Shown piece after piece: positions 1 to 15,526 of a stretch of DNA of 64,000 nucleotides (position 1 is the stretch's first letter; the number at the start of each line of letters is the position of its first letter). Under the pieces are notes generated by a model. That model saw only the letters and a program-made list of their open reading frames with translations, ran no database searches and was not told the origin of the DNA. This DNA comes from Eledone cirrhosa (lineage: Eukaryota): positions 15,438,001-15,502,000 of the forward strand of contig OZ024761.1 in assembly GCA_964016885.1 (NCBI GenBank), written 5' to 3'. The position numbers and the translations under genes were made by a program.

Positions 1-420
1 CCACCACTATCTCTATCACCACCACCACCACCACCGCTACCACCACCACCACCACCACTATCTCTATCACCACCACCACCACCACTATCACCACCACGAC
101 CACTATCACCACCACCACCACCACTATCTCTATCACCACCACCACCACCACCACTATCACCACCACCACCAGCACCGCTATCACCACCACCACCACCACG
201 ACCACCACCACTATCTCTATCACCACCACCACCACCACTATCTCTATCACCACCACCACCACCACTATCTCTATCACCACCACCACCACCACCACCATCA
301 TCTATTTCACGTCACATCTCAACTTTAGTTCAACTCCTGAAAACACAATATTACCGTATCGAATGTTTTTTTATGTTAATTTATAATAGACTTCATTACT
401 ACACACACACACACACACAT

Positions 421-581
<161 letters not shown>

Positions 582-720
582 ACTATATAAATGCATATTC
601 ATATACACGCACACATTCATATGTTCTTGCATATATGAATGTGCGTAAAGATTCAGTTGTCCTTAAATGTGTGTTTCTGTGAATACACATTATACGTGTT
701 CATTGTTATATACATACGTA

Positions 721-756
<36 letters not shown>

Positions 757-1372
757 CATACATATATACATACATATATATATATATATACAATACATAT
801 ATATACATACATATTATACACATATATATGTATATATGTATGTAAGTATGTTTCATACAGCTAAATTGCTGACTCGACTCTACCAAAGATGGGAGTGTGT
901 GATAAAAAAGGCTTTTAGCATTTGCCCAATGTCAGGCAGATACCATTCTATACGTGCGCGAGTGTATGTGTGTGTGTGTGTGTGTCTGTGCATGTGTGTG
1001 TATGCATGCGCGAGCGTGTGCTCGAGTGTATGTGTGTCTGTGTCTGTGTGTGTGAGTCTGTGCATGTGTGTTTGTGTATACGTGTATGTGTGTGTGTGTC
1101 TGTGTGAGTGCATGTGTGTTTGTGTGTGTGTGTATGCTTGCGTGTGTGTGTATATGTACAAATACACATATATACAGTGGAACTTCTTATTGTGTGATCT
1201 CTTTGGGACGATAACAATAACCAACTTCCATTGCGTACACACACAGATACATCTTACACATACACACACATTATATATATATATATATATATATGACAAG
1301 ACACTGATGCAGAAACAGTCTTATTAGTATATATAAATATATATATATATATATATACATACATATATACAA

Positions 1373-1415
<43 letters not shown>

Positions 1416-1436
1416 CATACATATACATATATACAA

Positions 1437-1471
<35 letters not shown>

Positions 1472-1574
1472 CATTCATGTGTGTGATTTCATCCATCACT
1501 AATTAATTATAAATGCATGTATACATACAATCAAAGACATACGGGCATAAAACACACACACACACACACATATA

Positions 1575-1616
<42 letters not shown>

Positions 1617-1967
1617 CAAAGACATACACACGCCTGAGCACGTACTAATGTCTGCGTCTGTCTGTGTGTATGTGTGTGTCAGTGTGTGTCTGTGAGTGTG
1701 TGTGTGTGTGTAAAGGTAGCTTTAACATAAGGACGTGCAAAACCAGCAGCAGAGGAGAAGGGGGAGTAGCTGGAGGAGTAGGAGAGTGACAGTGATAGTG
1801 GGGGGGGACTGTTACTTCCCCCTCCCTTGTATTTGTGATGGTGGAGGCGATGGCGGTGGTTATATATTTCGGTGGAAGAGGTAATGGAATCCAACCCCAG
1901 CAACCAGTGACACTTGTTCCACTGGGGCGTTTATATATATATATATATGTATATATATACACTACTG

Positions 1968-2000
<33 letters not shown>

Positions 2001-2289
2001 CACACTCAAGCCTCCGGAATCCTCCTCCCCCCTCCCGATCCCCTCCCCATCCCACCCCATACACACACCGACCTACATCCCACCCCATACACACACCTCC
2101 TGAACATGGAACCTCGTTCTCCCCCCCACCCCAACTCTCACATTCACACACATACACACACACACACACACACACATGTAGACCTACACACATACACAAA
2201 CACCACCTTCAGCCCTCCCTGCTCGGACACCCCCGCCTGCCTCTCCCCACTCCACCCGCCGCCACCACCCCTACACGCCCCACATCCTT

Positions 2290-2543
2290 TCACCACTTGT
2301 TTATCTTTATGTTTATTTTTATTTTTATTTGTACTCCTTCAACCGCCCCCCCCCCCCTTTTTTTTTCTAAATGTCTCTCCATCACTCCCTCACACACCCT
2401 CGGAACTCTCTTCCCACCCACTTTTCTCCCGAGGAAGGGCTTATGCCCGAGACGTCGTTCCACCCCCCTCTCTCAAGAGTGTGAAACTAATAAACCTTTG
2501 TTTGTACTGCCTCTCTGTTTTCGTTCTGATTCCAATTTTCACT
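2290..2543 (+). mobile_element. Family P2 Penelope-like 3' remnant with degenerate hammerhead; other copies 23075-23278 and 34620-34845
   Basis: Shared sequence ...CTGA(A/T)GAA(G/A)GGCTTATG(T/C)(C/T)CGAAACG...TGAAACTAATAA... ending at (TA)n. The core is intact at 23162-23186 and 34710-34737 and mutated here. Confidence 0.6.
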
Positions 2544-4810
<2,267 letters not shown>

Positions 4811-5049
4811 TCACATACGCATGTGTTTATGTTTCGTGTAAACACATTCACCAGAGGCTATGCATGCCGTGTAATTAATAAATTTTATTTATTCATTTAT
4901 CTATGTATTTTATTGATTGTTCCGCCATTTTACAATCCCACTTCCTCTCCCGGGGTGGGGGACGGGTGATGGTGGCGGTGTTGGGAACTAAACAAACCCT
5001 AACTACAACATCCCAATAATTGTAATCACACCAACAGTAGTTCTCCCTC

Positions 5050-5710
5050 TAAACTACCAACAACAACAACAACATCATCAACAACAACAAAAGCATCAAC
5101 ACCAATAGCAAGAACAATAGCATCAACACCAATAACAACAACAACAACAACAACAGCATCAACACCAATAACAAGAACAATAGCATCAACACCAATAACA
5201 ACAACAACAACAACAACATCATCAACACCAATAACAACAATAGCATCAACACCAATAACAACAACAACAACAACAACAACATCATCAACACCAATAACAA
5301 CAATAGCATCAACACCAATAACAACAACAACAATAGCATCAACACCAATAACAACAACAACAACAATAGCATCAACACCACCAACAACAACAACAAAAAC
5401 AATAGATCATTCAACACCAATAACAACAACAACAACAATAGCATCAACACCACCAACAACAACAACAACAACAATAGATCATTCAACACCAATAACAACA
5501 ACAACAACAATAGCATCAACACCACCAACAACAACAACAACAACAATAGATCATTCAACACCAATAACAACAACAACAACAATAGCATCAACACCACCAA
5601 CAACAACAACAACAACAATAGATCATTCAACACCAATAACAACAACAACACCATCAACACCACCAACAACAACAATAGATCATTCAACACCAATAACAAC
5701 AACAACAATT
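5050..5710. repeat. (AAC)n-derived higher-order minisatellite
   Basis: Recurring AATAGCATCAACACCAATAAC and AATAGATCATTCAACACC units. Confidence 0.9.
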
Positions 5711-5739
5711 ACATTTGTGTCACATACCAACCAATAACA

Positions 5740-5905
5740 ATGGTTTCTTATATAGGCACAAGGCCAGCAATATTGGGCGAGAGGGAAAGTTGATTAAATC
5801 GACCCCAGTGCGTGACTGGTACTTTATTTTCTCAGTCCGTAAAGGGACGTAACTGTGCTGCAAAGCATGGCGTCCGACCCTCTACCGATACTGCCAATCC
5901 ACCGC
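5740..5905 (-). mobile_element. tRNA-derived SINE family S1, internally deleted copy
   Basis: Matches the S1 head (GGATTGGCAGTATCGGTAGAGGGTCGGACGCCATGC) and tail (GCTGGCCTTGTGCCTATATAAGAAACC) of the full copies. Confidence 0.8.
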
Positions 5906-5914
5906 TCTACACTA

Positions 5915-6465
5915 GCAATAATAACAACAATAACAACAACAACAACTATACTATTAACAACAACACCAACAACTATAACTACACCTATACTATTAACAAC
6001 AACAACAACACCAACAACTATAACTACACCTATACTATTAACAACAACAACAACACCAACACCTATAACTACACCTATACTATTAACAACAACAACACCA
6101 ACACCTATAACTACACCTATACTATTAACAACAACAACAACTATAACTACACCTATACTATTAACAACAACAACAACACCAACACCTATAACTACACCTA
6201 TACTATTAACAACAACAACAACACCAACACCTATAACTACACCTATACTATTAACAACAACAACAACACCAACAACTATAACTACAGCTATACTATTAAC
6301 AACAACAACAATACCAACAACTATAACTACAACTATACTATTAACAACAACAACACCAACAACTATAACTACACCTATACTATTAACAACAACAACACCA
6401 ACACCTATAACTACACCTATACTATTAACAACTATAACTACACCTATACTATTAACAATAACACT
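5915..6465. repeat. AAC/TAC-based minisatellite, about 36-42 bp units
   Basis: Repeated CTATAACTACACCTATACTATTAACAACAAC. Confidence 0.9.
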
Positions 6466-7596
6466 AGAGAGCCTCTACGTGGTATCTCGGCCTGCTAGAA
6501 GTAGCAGCCTAATTTAATGGACAACGAATGTATTCTAGGTGCACTGTGCCTAGAAAACAGACAAGATGGTCACCACTGGAGCGTCTTCTATAACATGGGT
6601 CTCGAGGCTGACCCTGTGAATGGAGGAGGGACTTTAAATACATCCTACTTATATCATTCTTTTACTACTACTACTACTACTACTACTACTATAAACATAA
6701 CTACCATGACTACCACTATAAACCATCACAACCACCATCACAACCACAACTAACCACAAACCTACCAACCACAACCACCACTACAACCACAACCACCACT
6801 ACCACCACTACCAACTACCACGCCCTCCACCACCACTACCAACCACCATCACCATAACCGTTACCAATCACCTTCCCCACCACCACCACCACCATAACCA
6901 CTACCAACCACCCCCACCCCCACCATAACCACTATCAACCACCCCCACCCCCACCATAAGCACTACCAACCCCCACCCCGACCGCCACCATAACCACTAC
7001 CAAGCCCTACCCCCACCCCACCATAACCACTACCACCACTACCAACCACCACCATATAACCACTACAAATCACCTCCACCCCCACCATAACCACTACCAA
7101 CCACCACCTCCACCATCACCACTACCAACCACCACCTCCACCATCACCACTACCAACCACCACCTCCACCATCACCACTACCAACCACCACCTCCACCAT
7201 CACCACTACCAACCACCACCTCCACCATCACCACTACCAACCACCACCTCCACCATCACCACTACCAACCACTACAGTGTTTTAAAATGTAGGTCGACCC
7301 CCAACTGCTAAGCAGAGTCTCTGTAGTCAGTCGGCGTCTCTTAGATTCTTTCCTGTCTCTGCCTTTAAAACTCCTCTCGCTATTCTTTTACTTACCATGT
7401 TCTCACTGCGGTCCTTTATTTACTATATTCACAGTGGACTACAATGTGATGGCTTGGGGTATAGTTTTATAATCAAAAGCGAGATGAAGTGACTGAACTG
7501 CATGGCAACACTTTTTTTAACACATGTTAGTGAAATATATATATATATGTATAAAATTACAATTTTATTTCTCTCCCTAGCACAGCTAATACTTAG

Positions 7597-7631
<35 letters not shown>

Positions 7632-7635
<4 letters not shown>

Positions 7636-7836
7636 AGAAAGTATGACCACGACGGCAGAGCTCAAGCCGTTTTGACGGCTATTTCTGGACTAAAGTTGCA
7701 CTTTAGTCCAGAAATAGCCGTCGAAACGGGTTGAGCTCTGCCGTCGGGGTCATAGTCTCTCCTATTACCCACACTCTACTACCCTAAGTATTGAGTACTC
7801 TGGTCCATCTGGTTCCTTACCACAACTCCTCCGTTA
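7632..7836. mobile_element. Family B fold-back element in (TA)n; also 14478-14633, 17492-17653, 19749-19926, 26783-26919, 47455-47642, 61707-61909 and fragments
   Basis: Inverted arms GACCCCGACGGC(A/T)GAGCTCAAGCCGTTTCGACGGCTA / TAGCCGTCGAAACGGCTTGAGCTC(T/A)GCCGTCGGGGTC. These contain the 3' half of a hammerhead (GAA-ACGGC-loop-GCCGT-C). Confidence 0.85.
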
Positions 7837-7880
7837 TATATATATATATATTTGTATTGGCTGATAGTGCTTCTTATAGC

Positions 7881-7931
7881 TTTAATTGCCCTGATGAGTC
7901 CTTAATAGGACGAAACATTGTTGGCTAATAA
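7881..7931 (+). ncRNA. Minimal type I hammerhead ribozyme
   Basis: GCC-CTGATGA-GTCC(TTAATA)GGAC-GAAAC-ATT-GTT-GGC followed by AATAAA. Canonical core and a 4-bp stem II; stem I is weak. Confidence 0.75.
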
Positions 7932-8072
7932 AGACTTTTGATGTATTGAAGGCTTCTTTGGTTTATTTTCATAATTATTCGGCTCTGTTTAATTACATTG
8001 AGCTATACCTTTACTGTCATTTCTATAATACCAAGAGGGTGTTTAACTACAACACACTCTAGTATTTCAATT

Positions 8073-8139
<67 letters not shown>

Positions 8140-8172
8140 ATTAGCTGTACTCGGGCAAGAAATAAAATTCTA

Positions 8173-8217
<45 letters not shown>

Positions 8218-8504
8218 ATAATAATAAATTTGAAGACTAAAATCCAAAGAGGGTTCGATAAGGATAAATATATATCAAATATATAAGAACCGTAGAGAAA
8301 ATATTTATTAAAATAACAGATTAAAGTTTAAGCAAAGAATCGCTGCTTTCACCCTTAACGGGATCTTCTGAAACTAATAAAGTCAATCTGTAAACGCAGA
8401 AGTGGATATTTAAAAAAAACGTTGCAACCTGAGGAAGACAGGGAGACGATACTTTGGTTCGTGGAAACGTTCCCTGGCAAAGAACGGGAAAAAACGAATA
8501 TAAT

Positions 8505-8627
8505 TGTTTCTACTTTAGGCACAAGGCCAGCAATTATCAGTGCATTACTGGTACTTTATTTTATCGACCCCGTAAGGATGAAAGGCAAAGTCAACCTCGG
8601 CGGGATTTGAACTCAGATCGTAAAGGG
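8505..8627 (-). mobile_element. 5'-truncated S1 SINE with an 11-bp target-site duplication
   Basis: ACGAATATAAT at 8494-8504 and 8628-8638 flanks the SINE sequence. Confidence 0.85.
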
Positions 8628-8801
8628 ACGAATATAATACATCATTAATAGCACCGCTCCTATTAATGATGTATTATATTCGTTTTTTCCCGTTCTTTGC
8701 CAGGGAACGTTTCCACGAACCAAAGTATCGTCTTCCTGTCTTCCTCAGGTTGCAACGTTTTTTTTAAATATCCACTTCTGCGTTTGCAGATTGACTTTGT
8801 T

Positions 8802-8852
8802 AGTTTCAGAAGATCCCGTTAAGGGTGAAAGCAGCGATTCTTTGCTTAAACT
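8802..8852 (+). ncRNA. Variant hammerhead-like motif of family A (CAGAAGA core)
   Basis: AGTTT-CAGAAGA-T-CCC(GTTAA)GGG-T-GAA-AGCA(loop)TGCT-T-AAACT: three helices in type I topology with a non-canonical core. Confidence 0.55.
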
Positions 8853-8868
8853 TTAATCTGTTATTTTA

Positions 8869-8902
<34 letters not shown>

Positions 8903-8908
<6 letters not shown>

Positions 8909-9098
8909 ATACTTGGGGAGGTTCATATTTGTGTAATATTGCCAGAATTAATAACAGAGCACACTCACTGTTTGGTTGGTTTTCGCATTCGCTTCTGTGT
9001 TTTTTATATCGGTAATCTAATTTATTCGGTCCTCAATGTTGCCATTGACTGACCAACGGTCAAAAATAATACAGATACAATATAGACACAAACACATA
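8903..9098 (+). mobile_element. Family F (TA)n-associated repeat; also 9291-9387, 22445-22480, 26200-26410, 35310-35502
   Basis: Shared ATTGTTATACTTGGGGAGGGTCATATT...TTGGTTGGTTTTCG sequence abutting (TA)n. Confidence 0.75.
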
Positions 9099-9108
9099 TA
9101 TATAGTTT

Positions 9109-9150
9109 ATCAAAGTTTTTTCGTTGCACATCTGCAACATCGTCAGTGGT
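9109..9150 (-). ncRNA. Hammerhead-like motif; second copy about 26013-26054
   Basis: Reverse complement ACCA-CTGACGA-T-GTTGCA(GATG)TGCAAC-GAAAAAACTT-TGAT; related to the motif at 22285. Confidence 0.5.
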
Positions 9151-9511
9151 GCTATTATGTTTCCTCCCGCTACATTGTATTTTCTACGCCATCTTTATTT
9201 AGTCTGTTTATATATTTGTTTATTTTATTTTGTCTTCTTTGCGCATTCGTTTGCGTGTGTGTTCGTGATTGGGTGACTGTGTATATATATATTGTTATAC
9301 TTGGGGAGGGTCATATTTGTGTAATATTGCCAGAATCAATAACAGAACACACTCACTGTTTGGTTGGTTTTCGCTTTTCGCTTCTATATATGAATGTATA
9401 TATGAATGTATGTATAGTATATTTGGCAAAATTCTGTATGTTTAATTAAAAAAAACATCTAAATGTTTTTAATTAAACTTACAGTATATTGCCAAATATA
9501 CTATACATACA

Positions 9512-9593
<82 letters not shown>

Positions 9594-9689
9594 AGTGTGT
9601 GTGAGTGTGTGTGTATTAGTATATATCCTGGTGAAGATTATAAAAGCTCGATGCTAATCAGTATCCTTGGTCAAACGTTTGTAGAGTAA

Positions 9690-10070
9690 AATAATTGTTT
9701 CTACTTTTGGCACAAGGCCAGCAATTACCCAGTGTATTACTGCTACTTTATTTTATCGACCCCATAAGGATGAAAGGCAATGTTAACCTCGACGGGATTT
9801 GAACTCAGAATGGCAAGGGCCGTAACTCTATGCGTCAAAGCATGGCGTCCGACCCTCTACCGATACTTCCAATACACCGCAGAGTTAAAGAGAGTTTGTA
9901 GAGTAAAATAATGTTGTAAATCTTAACTGATTATTCATTGTTCCCTTTACGAACTCAGTTCAAATCCCGCCGAGGTTAACTTTGCCTTTCATCCTTACGG
10001 GGTCGATAAAATAATGTACCAGTAATGCACTGGGTAATTGCTGGCCTTGTGCCAAATGTAGAAACAGTTA
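9690..10070. mobile_element. Two S1 SINE copies in opposite orientation (9690-9885 minus, 9940-10070 plus)
   Basis: B-box-like GAGTTCAAATCCC and the body GCCTTTCATCCTTACGGGGTCGATAAAAT. Confidence 0.85.
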
Positions 10071-10307
10071 TATATATATAGAGAGAGAGACAGACAGACA
10101 CAGAGAGAAAGAGAGTGAGAGAGAGTCCCGGGTAGGAGAGTAAGTAAGGTACTCAATACATTAGTAGAGTATAAACACATTTAATATAGAATTGGTTTCT
10201 ACAGGACTAGAACTGTTTCATTCGAAGGAAATGATTAGAAATGTCCTGGTGATTTCATACGAATGAAACTGTTCTACTCCCATAGAAGTCATTATATATA
10301 GTAAAGG

Positions 10308-10522
10308 GAAGGCGCGTGGCTGAGTGGTTAGAGAATTGGATTCAAAATCGTGAGGTTATAAGTTCGATTCCTGGACCGGGCGATGCGTTATGTCCTTGAG
10401 CAAGACACTTTATTTCACGTTGCTCCTTCTACCTGGAGTTGCGACCGATAGAAAGTATTAACAATTGGAAAGACCAACGGAAACATTGTTTGCTCGGTCC
10501 GATTTGACGAAAGTCGGTCGAC
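10308..10522 (+). mobile_element. tRNA-derived SINE family S2 (CORE-like); also 43133-43345 (minus) and 42643-42800 (plus)
   Basis: A box TGGCTGAGTGG, B box GTTCGATTCC, then TCCTTGAGCAAGACACTT, which resembles the CORE domain described for octopus OR-type SINEs. Confidence 0.75.
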
Positions 10523-10615
10523 TATATATATAGTAGAGAGTCAAGGCCCGACAGCTGAGCTCTTGCCATTTCGATAGTGCTATTAAGTTAGACATGGTCG
10601 AAACCTATTAAAGTT

Positions 10616-10668
<53 letters not shown>

Positions 10669-10674
10669 ATATAT

Positions 10675-10705
<31 letters not shown>

Positions 10706-10857
10706 TAGTCAAGAAATAGCCGTCGAAATGGCTTGAGCTCTGCCGCCGGGGTCTTGAACATTTTCCTATATATATATATATGAATGTGTGTGTGTGTGTG
10801 TGTATGTCTGAGTGTATGTAATGATAATATGTGAAAACAAAGTGTTAATCTAGCATC

Positions 10858-10890
<33 letters not shown>

Positions 10891-10897
10891 TTATGTA

Positions 10898-10933
<36 letters not shown>

Positions 10934-10941
10934 GAAAAAGA

Positions 10942-10992
<51 letters not shown>

Positions 10993-11316
10993 ACACATTA
11001 CTGGTAACGAACGCGAGAAAAAGTATAAGTTCTCTCGCGATATCTGGCGAGATGATAACCTTGTGGTACGTACAGTATGTCTTACACCGTATAGTAGGGA
11101 TCCTTTCTCCACCACCCCACCCCCACCGCCGCCATCATTGTCGAAGCTATATATCAATATATAATTGAATTACGTCAGATAAAACCTCTTTACTGAAGCC
11201 TAGAAATATCGTATGACAGGCTGGTGAAATGTTTGTCCCCAGAACCGTGTAGAAACCGTTAGATACAGCCAAATGCTTTTGGCTGTCTAGTGGAAATTAT
11301 ATTACCACTAACACAC

Positions 11317-11438
<122 letters not shown>

Positions 11439-11762
11439 ATAATAATAAAATTGAAGACTAAAATCCAAAGAGGGCTCGATAAGGAAAATATATATCAAAT
11501 ATATAAGAACCGTAGAGCAAATATTTATTAAAATAACAGATTAAAGTTTAAGCAAAGAATCGCTGCTTTCACCCTTAACGGGATCTTCTGAAACTAACAA
11601 AGTCAATCTGTAAACGCAGAACTGGATATTTCAAAAAACGTTGCAACCGGAGGAAGACAGGATATCCAGTTCTGCGTTTACAGATTGACTTTGTTAGTTT
11701 CAGAAGATCCCGTTAAGGGTGAAAGCAGCGATTCTTTGCTTAAACTTTAATCTGTTATTTTA

Positions 11763-11793
<31 letters not shown>

Positions 11794-12565
11794 GAAACTT
11801 AGCGCTGATGTTGGATGTGATATTGTGATCTATATTGTTGATATACGATGTAAGTTATATATTTTGCACTCAGCCTCACCGCTATGTCCGGGTCAGTATA
11901 AAATCTTTTCCTGGGTCCTGTATTTTCGTTGCTCTAGTGATGCGGCTGGACTGCCGACCGCTATATCTGATTTGCTAAGCTGTCTGAACGTAATGTTATT
12001 ACTCTGGGGTCTTTCCTCATCCGAGTGCTCAAGCTACAGACCGATTAGGCATATACGCTAGCTTGGCCGTATTCTAAAGCTTCGTCAATGCTGTACTAAA
12101 ATTTATATATACATACAAGTTAATATAAATTAATATATGATAAACACATAAGTGTTTGTATTGTAAATGACCAAGTTAGCTAGATTAACTTGTATTTCAC
12201 GGCTCAGAAATGCTTCTTTCTTTCAGCTAATTAATTGTAAAGGACTGTTTGAGTTTATAACTCTAAATATAATATAATATAGTATATATATATATATATT
12301 GAATCCAGATAAATTTAGATACTGTGTAAACTAGACATATATATATATATATATATAAATATATTTATACATATATATATATAAATAAGAATTCCCTTTT
12401 CTTTAAATCCATCAACCAATGACTTCTACCCATATCAATCACCACCCCTTCCTACCACCAGAAAAAGTATAAATACAGCCACATTACTTGGACAGTCAGC
12501 TTCCTGATGATTTCTCCCGAATGAAACAATTCTAGTCCTATAGAAGCCATTTCTATATTATATAT

Positions 12566-12614
<49 letters not shown>

Positions 12615-12617
12615 GTA

Positions 12618-12799
12618 GGTCCCGGGTTGAGTCGGGGATAACCACAGTAAGTAAGGTACTCAATACATGGCAGAGTAAATTTTTTTATTTTATAGAAGGA
12701 GCTTCTACAGGACTAGTACTGTTTCATTCAGATGAAATCTTCAGGAAGCTCCTGAAGATTTCATCTGAATGAAACAGTACTAGTCCTGTAGAAGCTCCT

Positions 12800-12803
<4 letters not shown>
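12618..12803. mobile_element. Family C fold-back element; also 10125-10295, 12385-12560, 14782-14870, 23325-23400, 36270-36800
   Basis: About 55-bp inverted arms centred near 12748; terminal CCGGGTTGAGTCGG...AAGGTACTCAATAC shared by the copies. Confidence 0.85.
12700..12750 (-). ncRNA. Type I hammerhead, family C
   Basis: AGCTTC-CTGAAGA-TTTCATCTGAAT-GAA-ACAG(TACTAGTC)CTGT-A-GAAGCT; predicted GUA cleavage site. Confidence 0.7.
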
Positions 12804-12845
<42 letters not shown>

Positions 12846-13167
12846 AAATTTAGTACAGCATCATCGAAGCTCTGGTTGCAGCCAAGCTAACGAATGCAGT
12901 CGGGGTGTGCAGCTAAGCACTCAATAAGGTATATTACCTTAGAGTTATAACATTACGTTTAGACAGCTTTGCAAATTGAAGACAGCGACCGATAGACGAG
13001 CCGCAGTGACCAAAGCGACGGAAAAAAACTGAACTCAGGATGTATATCTATATATGGTAAAAGACACTTGTCCAAGATATCCTGCAGTGAGATTAAACTT
13101 GGACTCTCATGGTGACGCAGCAAACCTTTTAAATTATTTAGCCAAGCTGAATCCAGATAAATTTAGA

Positions 13168-13221
<54 letters not shown>

Positions 13222-13239
13222 AGGAGGTGAGTTTTATTG

Positions 13240-13642
13240 TAGTACAATAAAGCAATGCAGATATCGGATAAGAAGCACTCTACAGTTTGTGGGACTGGAG
13301 TATACATAATATATAAGAACAAAAGATGGTTAAAGGAGTTCCATGTATTTTATTATGCGCATTTCAAAAACAAACATCATCATGCAATAATATTTGTGTT
13401 TTCATCAGATAAAACAGGAGGACATGATATGAAGGCTAAAAAACACTTGTGGATAGTTCAGTTTTAAATCAACATTCAACATATGTTGATATAAAACTGA
13501 ACTATCCACAAGTGTTTTTTAGCCTTCATATCATGTCCTCCTGTTTTATCTGATGAAAACACAAATATTGTTGCATGATGATATTTGTTTTTGAAATGCG
13601 CATAATAAAATACATGGAACTCCTTTAACCATCTTTTGTTCT

Positions 13643-13650
<8 letters not shown>
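13240..13650. mobile_element. Family E fold-back element in (TA)n
   Basis: About 165-bp inverted arms centred near 13478, each with a full hammerhead. Confidence 0.9.
13544..13610 (+). ncRNA. Type I hammerhead ribozyme; mirror copy 13348-13414 on minus strand
   Basis: TTTTAT-CTGATGA-[16-bp stem II, 15 pairs including G-U]-GAA-ATGCGCAT-A-ATAAAA. Palindromic stem III, AUA site, 6-bp stem I. Confidence 0.88.
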
Positions 13651-13706
<56 letters not shown>

Positions 13707-13711
<5 letters not shown>

Positions 13712-14087
13712 TGTATATATAGTGTATTTTGCAATACACTGTATGCTTAATTAAAAGCATTTCGAAGACCTTACGCTATTGTTTTAGAGTAGTGACAGTC
13801 TCACTTACTTTAAATTTTCAGCAAACAAGGGAGATAAAGCTGACAGAGCTCTGTTTCGTACTGATTGGTACTTATCAAAGCCAAGTATTCCACCTGTTTG
13901 CTGAAAATCATGAATGTTTGATTCTTATAGAATTTCTAGTAATAATCAGGAACTGATTATACTGAGCGTTGCTGAAAATTTAAAGTAAGTGAGACTGTCA
14001 CTACTCTAAAACAATTGCGTAAGGTCTTCGAAATGCTTTTAATTAAGCATACAGTGTATTGCAAAATACACTATATATACATTCATA
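13707..14087. mobile_element. Family G fold-back element; related to 9400-9515 and 36090-36200
   Basis: About 115-bp inverted arms around a ~150-bp spacer, flanked by (TA)n. Contains GAA-ATGCTT(TTAATT)AAGCAT-A, which resembles a hammerhead stem III. Confidence 0.8.
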
Positions 14088-14118
14088 TATATATATCGCT
14101 ATTTCAGAGCGCCAATTC

Positions 14119-14171
<53 letters not shown>

Positions 14172-14381
14172 AATAAGAGGTTAACGGGACCAGCGTAAGG
14201 CTTCCTTGCTATATATATATACACACACACATACATATATATATATGTGTGTACGTATCTCTGGAATATGCTGTCCAAACGGCAAGAGCTCAATTGTCGG
14301 GCCCTGGCTATGCTATATTTAAACTCTATTATCCTAAGTATCGAGTAATCTGCTGAAAAATGGTCTTATTATTTCTCGATA

Positions 14382-14476
<95 letters not shown>

Positions 14477-14654
14477 TAAGATACAAGGTGAACCATAACG
14501 CAGCAGAGTACTCAATACTTAGGGTAGTAGAGTGGGTAATATGAAAAGAGTCAGAACCCCAACGGCTGAGCTCCGGCCGTTTCGACAGCTGTAAACGGCC
14601 GGAGCTCAGCCGTTGGGGTTCTGACTCTTTTTATAGATACACACACACACACAC

Positions 14655-14689
<35 letters not shown>

Positions 14690-15471
14690 AAAAAGTTGAA
14701 AATGCAATTGGAATCTTTAAGAAGGTTTATTTACAATAATTTATAACATAGATGTATATATATATATAGATATATATACGTTATTCCGGGTTGAATCGGA
14801 GGTAACCACAGTAAGTAAGGTACTAGAATGAAACAGTTCTAGTCCTGTAGAATCTCATCTATATTAAAACTATAGATATATATATATAGATGTATATATA
14901 TACACATAGATGTATATATATATATGTGTATGTGTGTGTGTGTATACACTAAATCTTACGATTGAAGTTTCAATCTCTGTACACTTCAGTCTTTCCTCTC
15001 TTATTTAAACACCTTTTCCTTTCTTAGTTAGATGATGTTTCATATATTCTCAAATTCTAGTTATTCCCTTCTGCCCTACTCATAAGTCTCAATTCATGCG
15101 ACTTCTGCTTCTCAGTTGATCACTTGGGAGCTAACAATACACGCTAAATGTGTGTTATATTATATTTTATAGTATTTCATATTATATTATGTTACGCGCG
15201 TGTTCTTTGAAACAAATTTGTCCACTTGGCTTTTTTTTCCTCTAAAAACATGCTAGCAAGCAGAGAATTGATTGAGAAGTCGTTAGAACATCGGATTGAA
15301 TGTTCTTTGATATTCGTACCGGCTCTCCGAGTTCAAATTCCACCGAGGACTGTAGCGAAATCTTTTCGCAAATACCGACTCCCATATACTGACTATAAGT
15401 TTATCATCTCGCCATATATCGCGAGAGAACTTTTACTTTTTCTCGCGTTAGTTACCAGTAATATGTTAAAA

Positions 15472-15526
<55 letters not shown>

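Larger units (their letters stand above)
8214..8874. mobile_element. Family A fold-back element with a SINE inserted in the left arm; also 11435-11767, 25322-25540, 29105-29280, 32513-32643, 35568-35800, 51711-51856, 55560-55763
   Basis: About 220-bp near-perfect inverted arms centred at 8652-8659 and flanked by (TA)n on both sides; copies are highly similar to each other. Confidence 0.9.

Noticed and set aside
10308-10385. tRNA gene
   Set aside because: A and B boxes are present but I see no complete cloverleaf; it continues into a SINE body and is multicopy.
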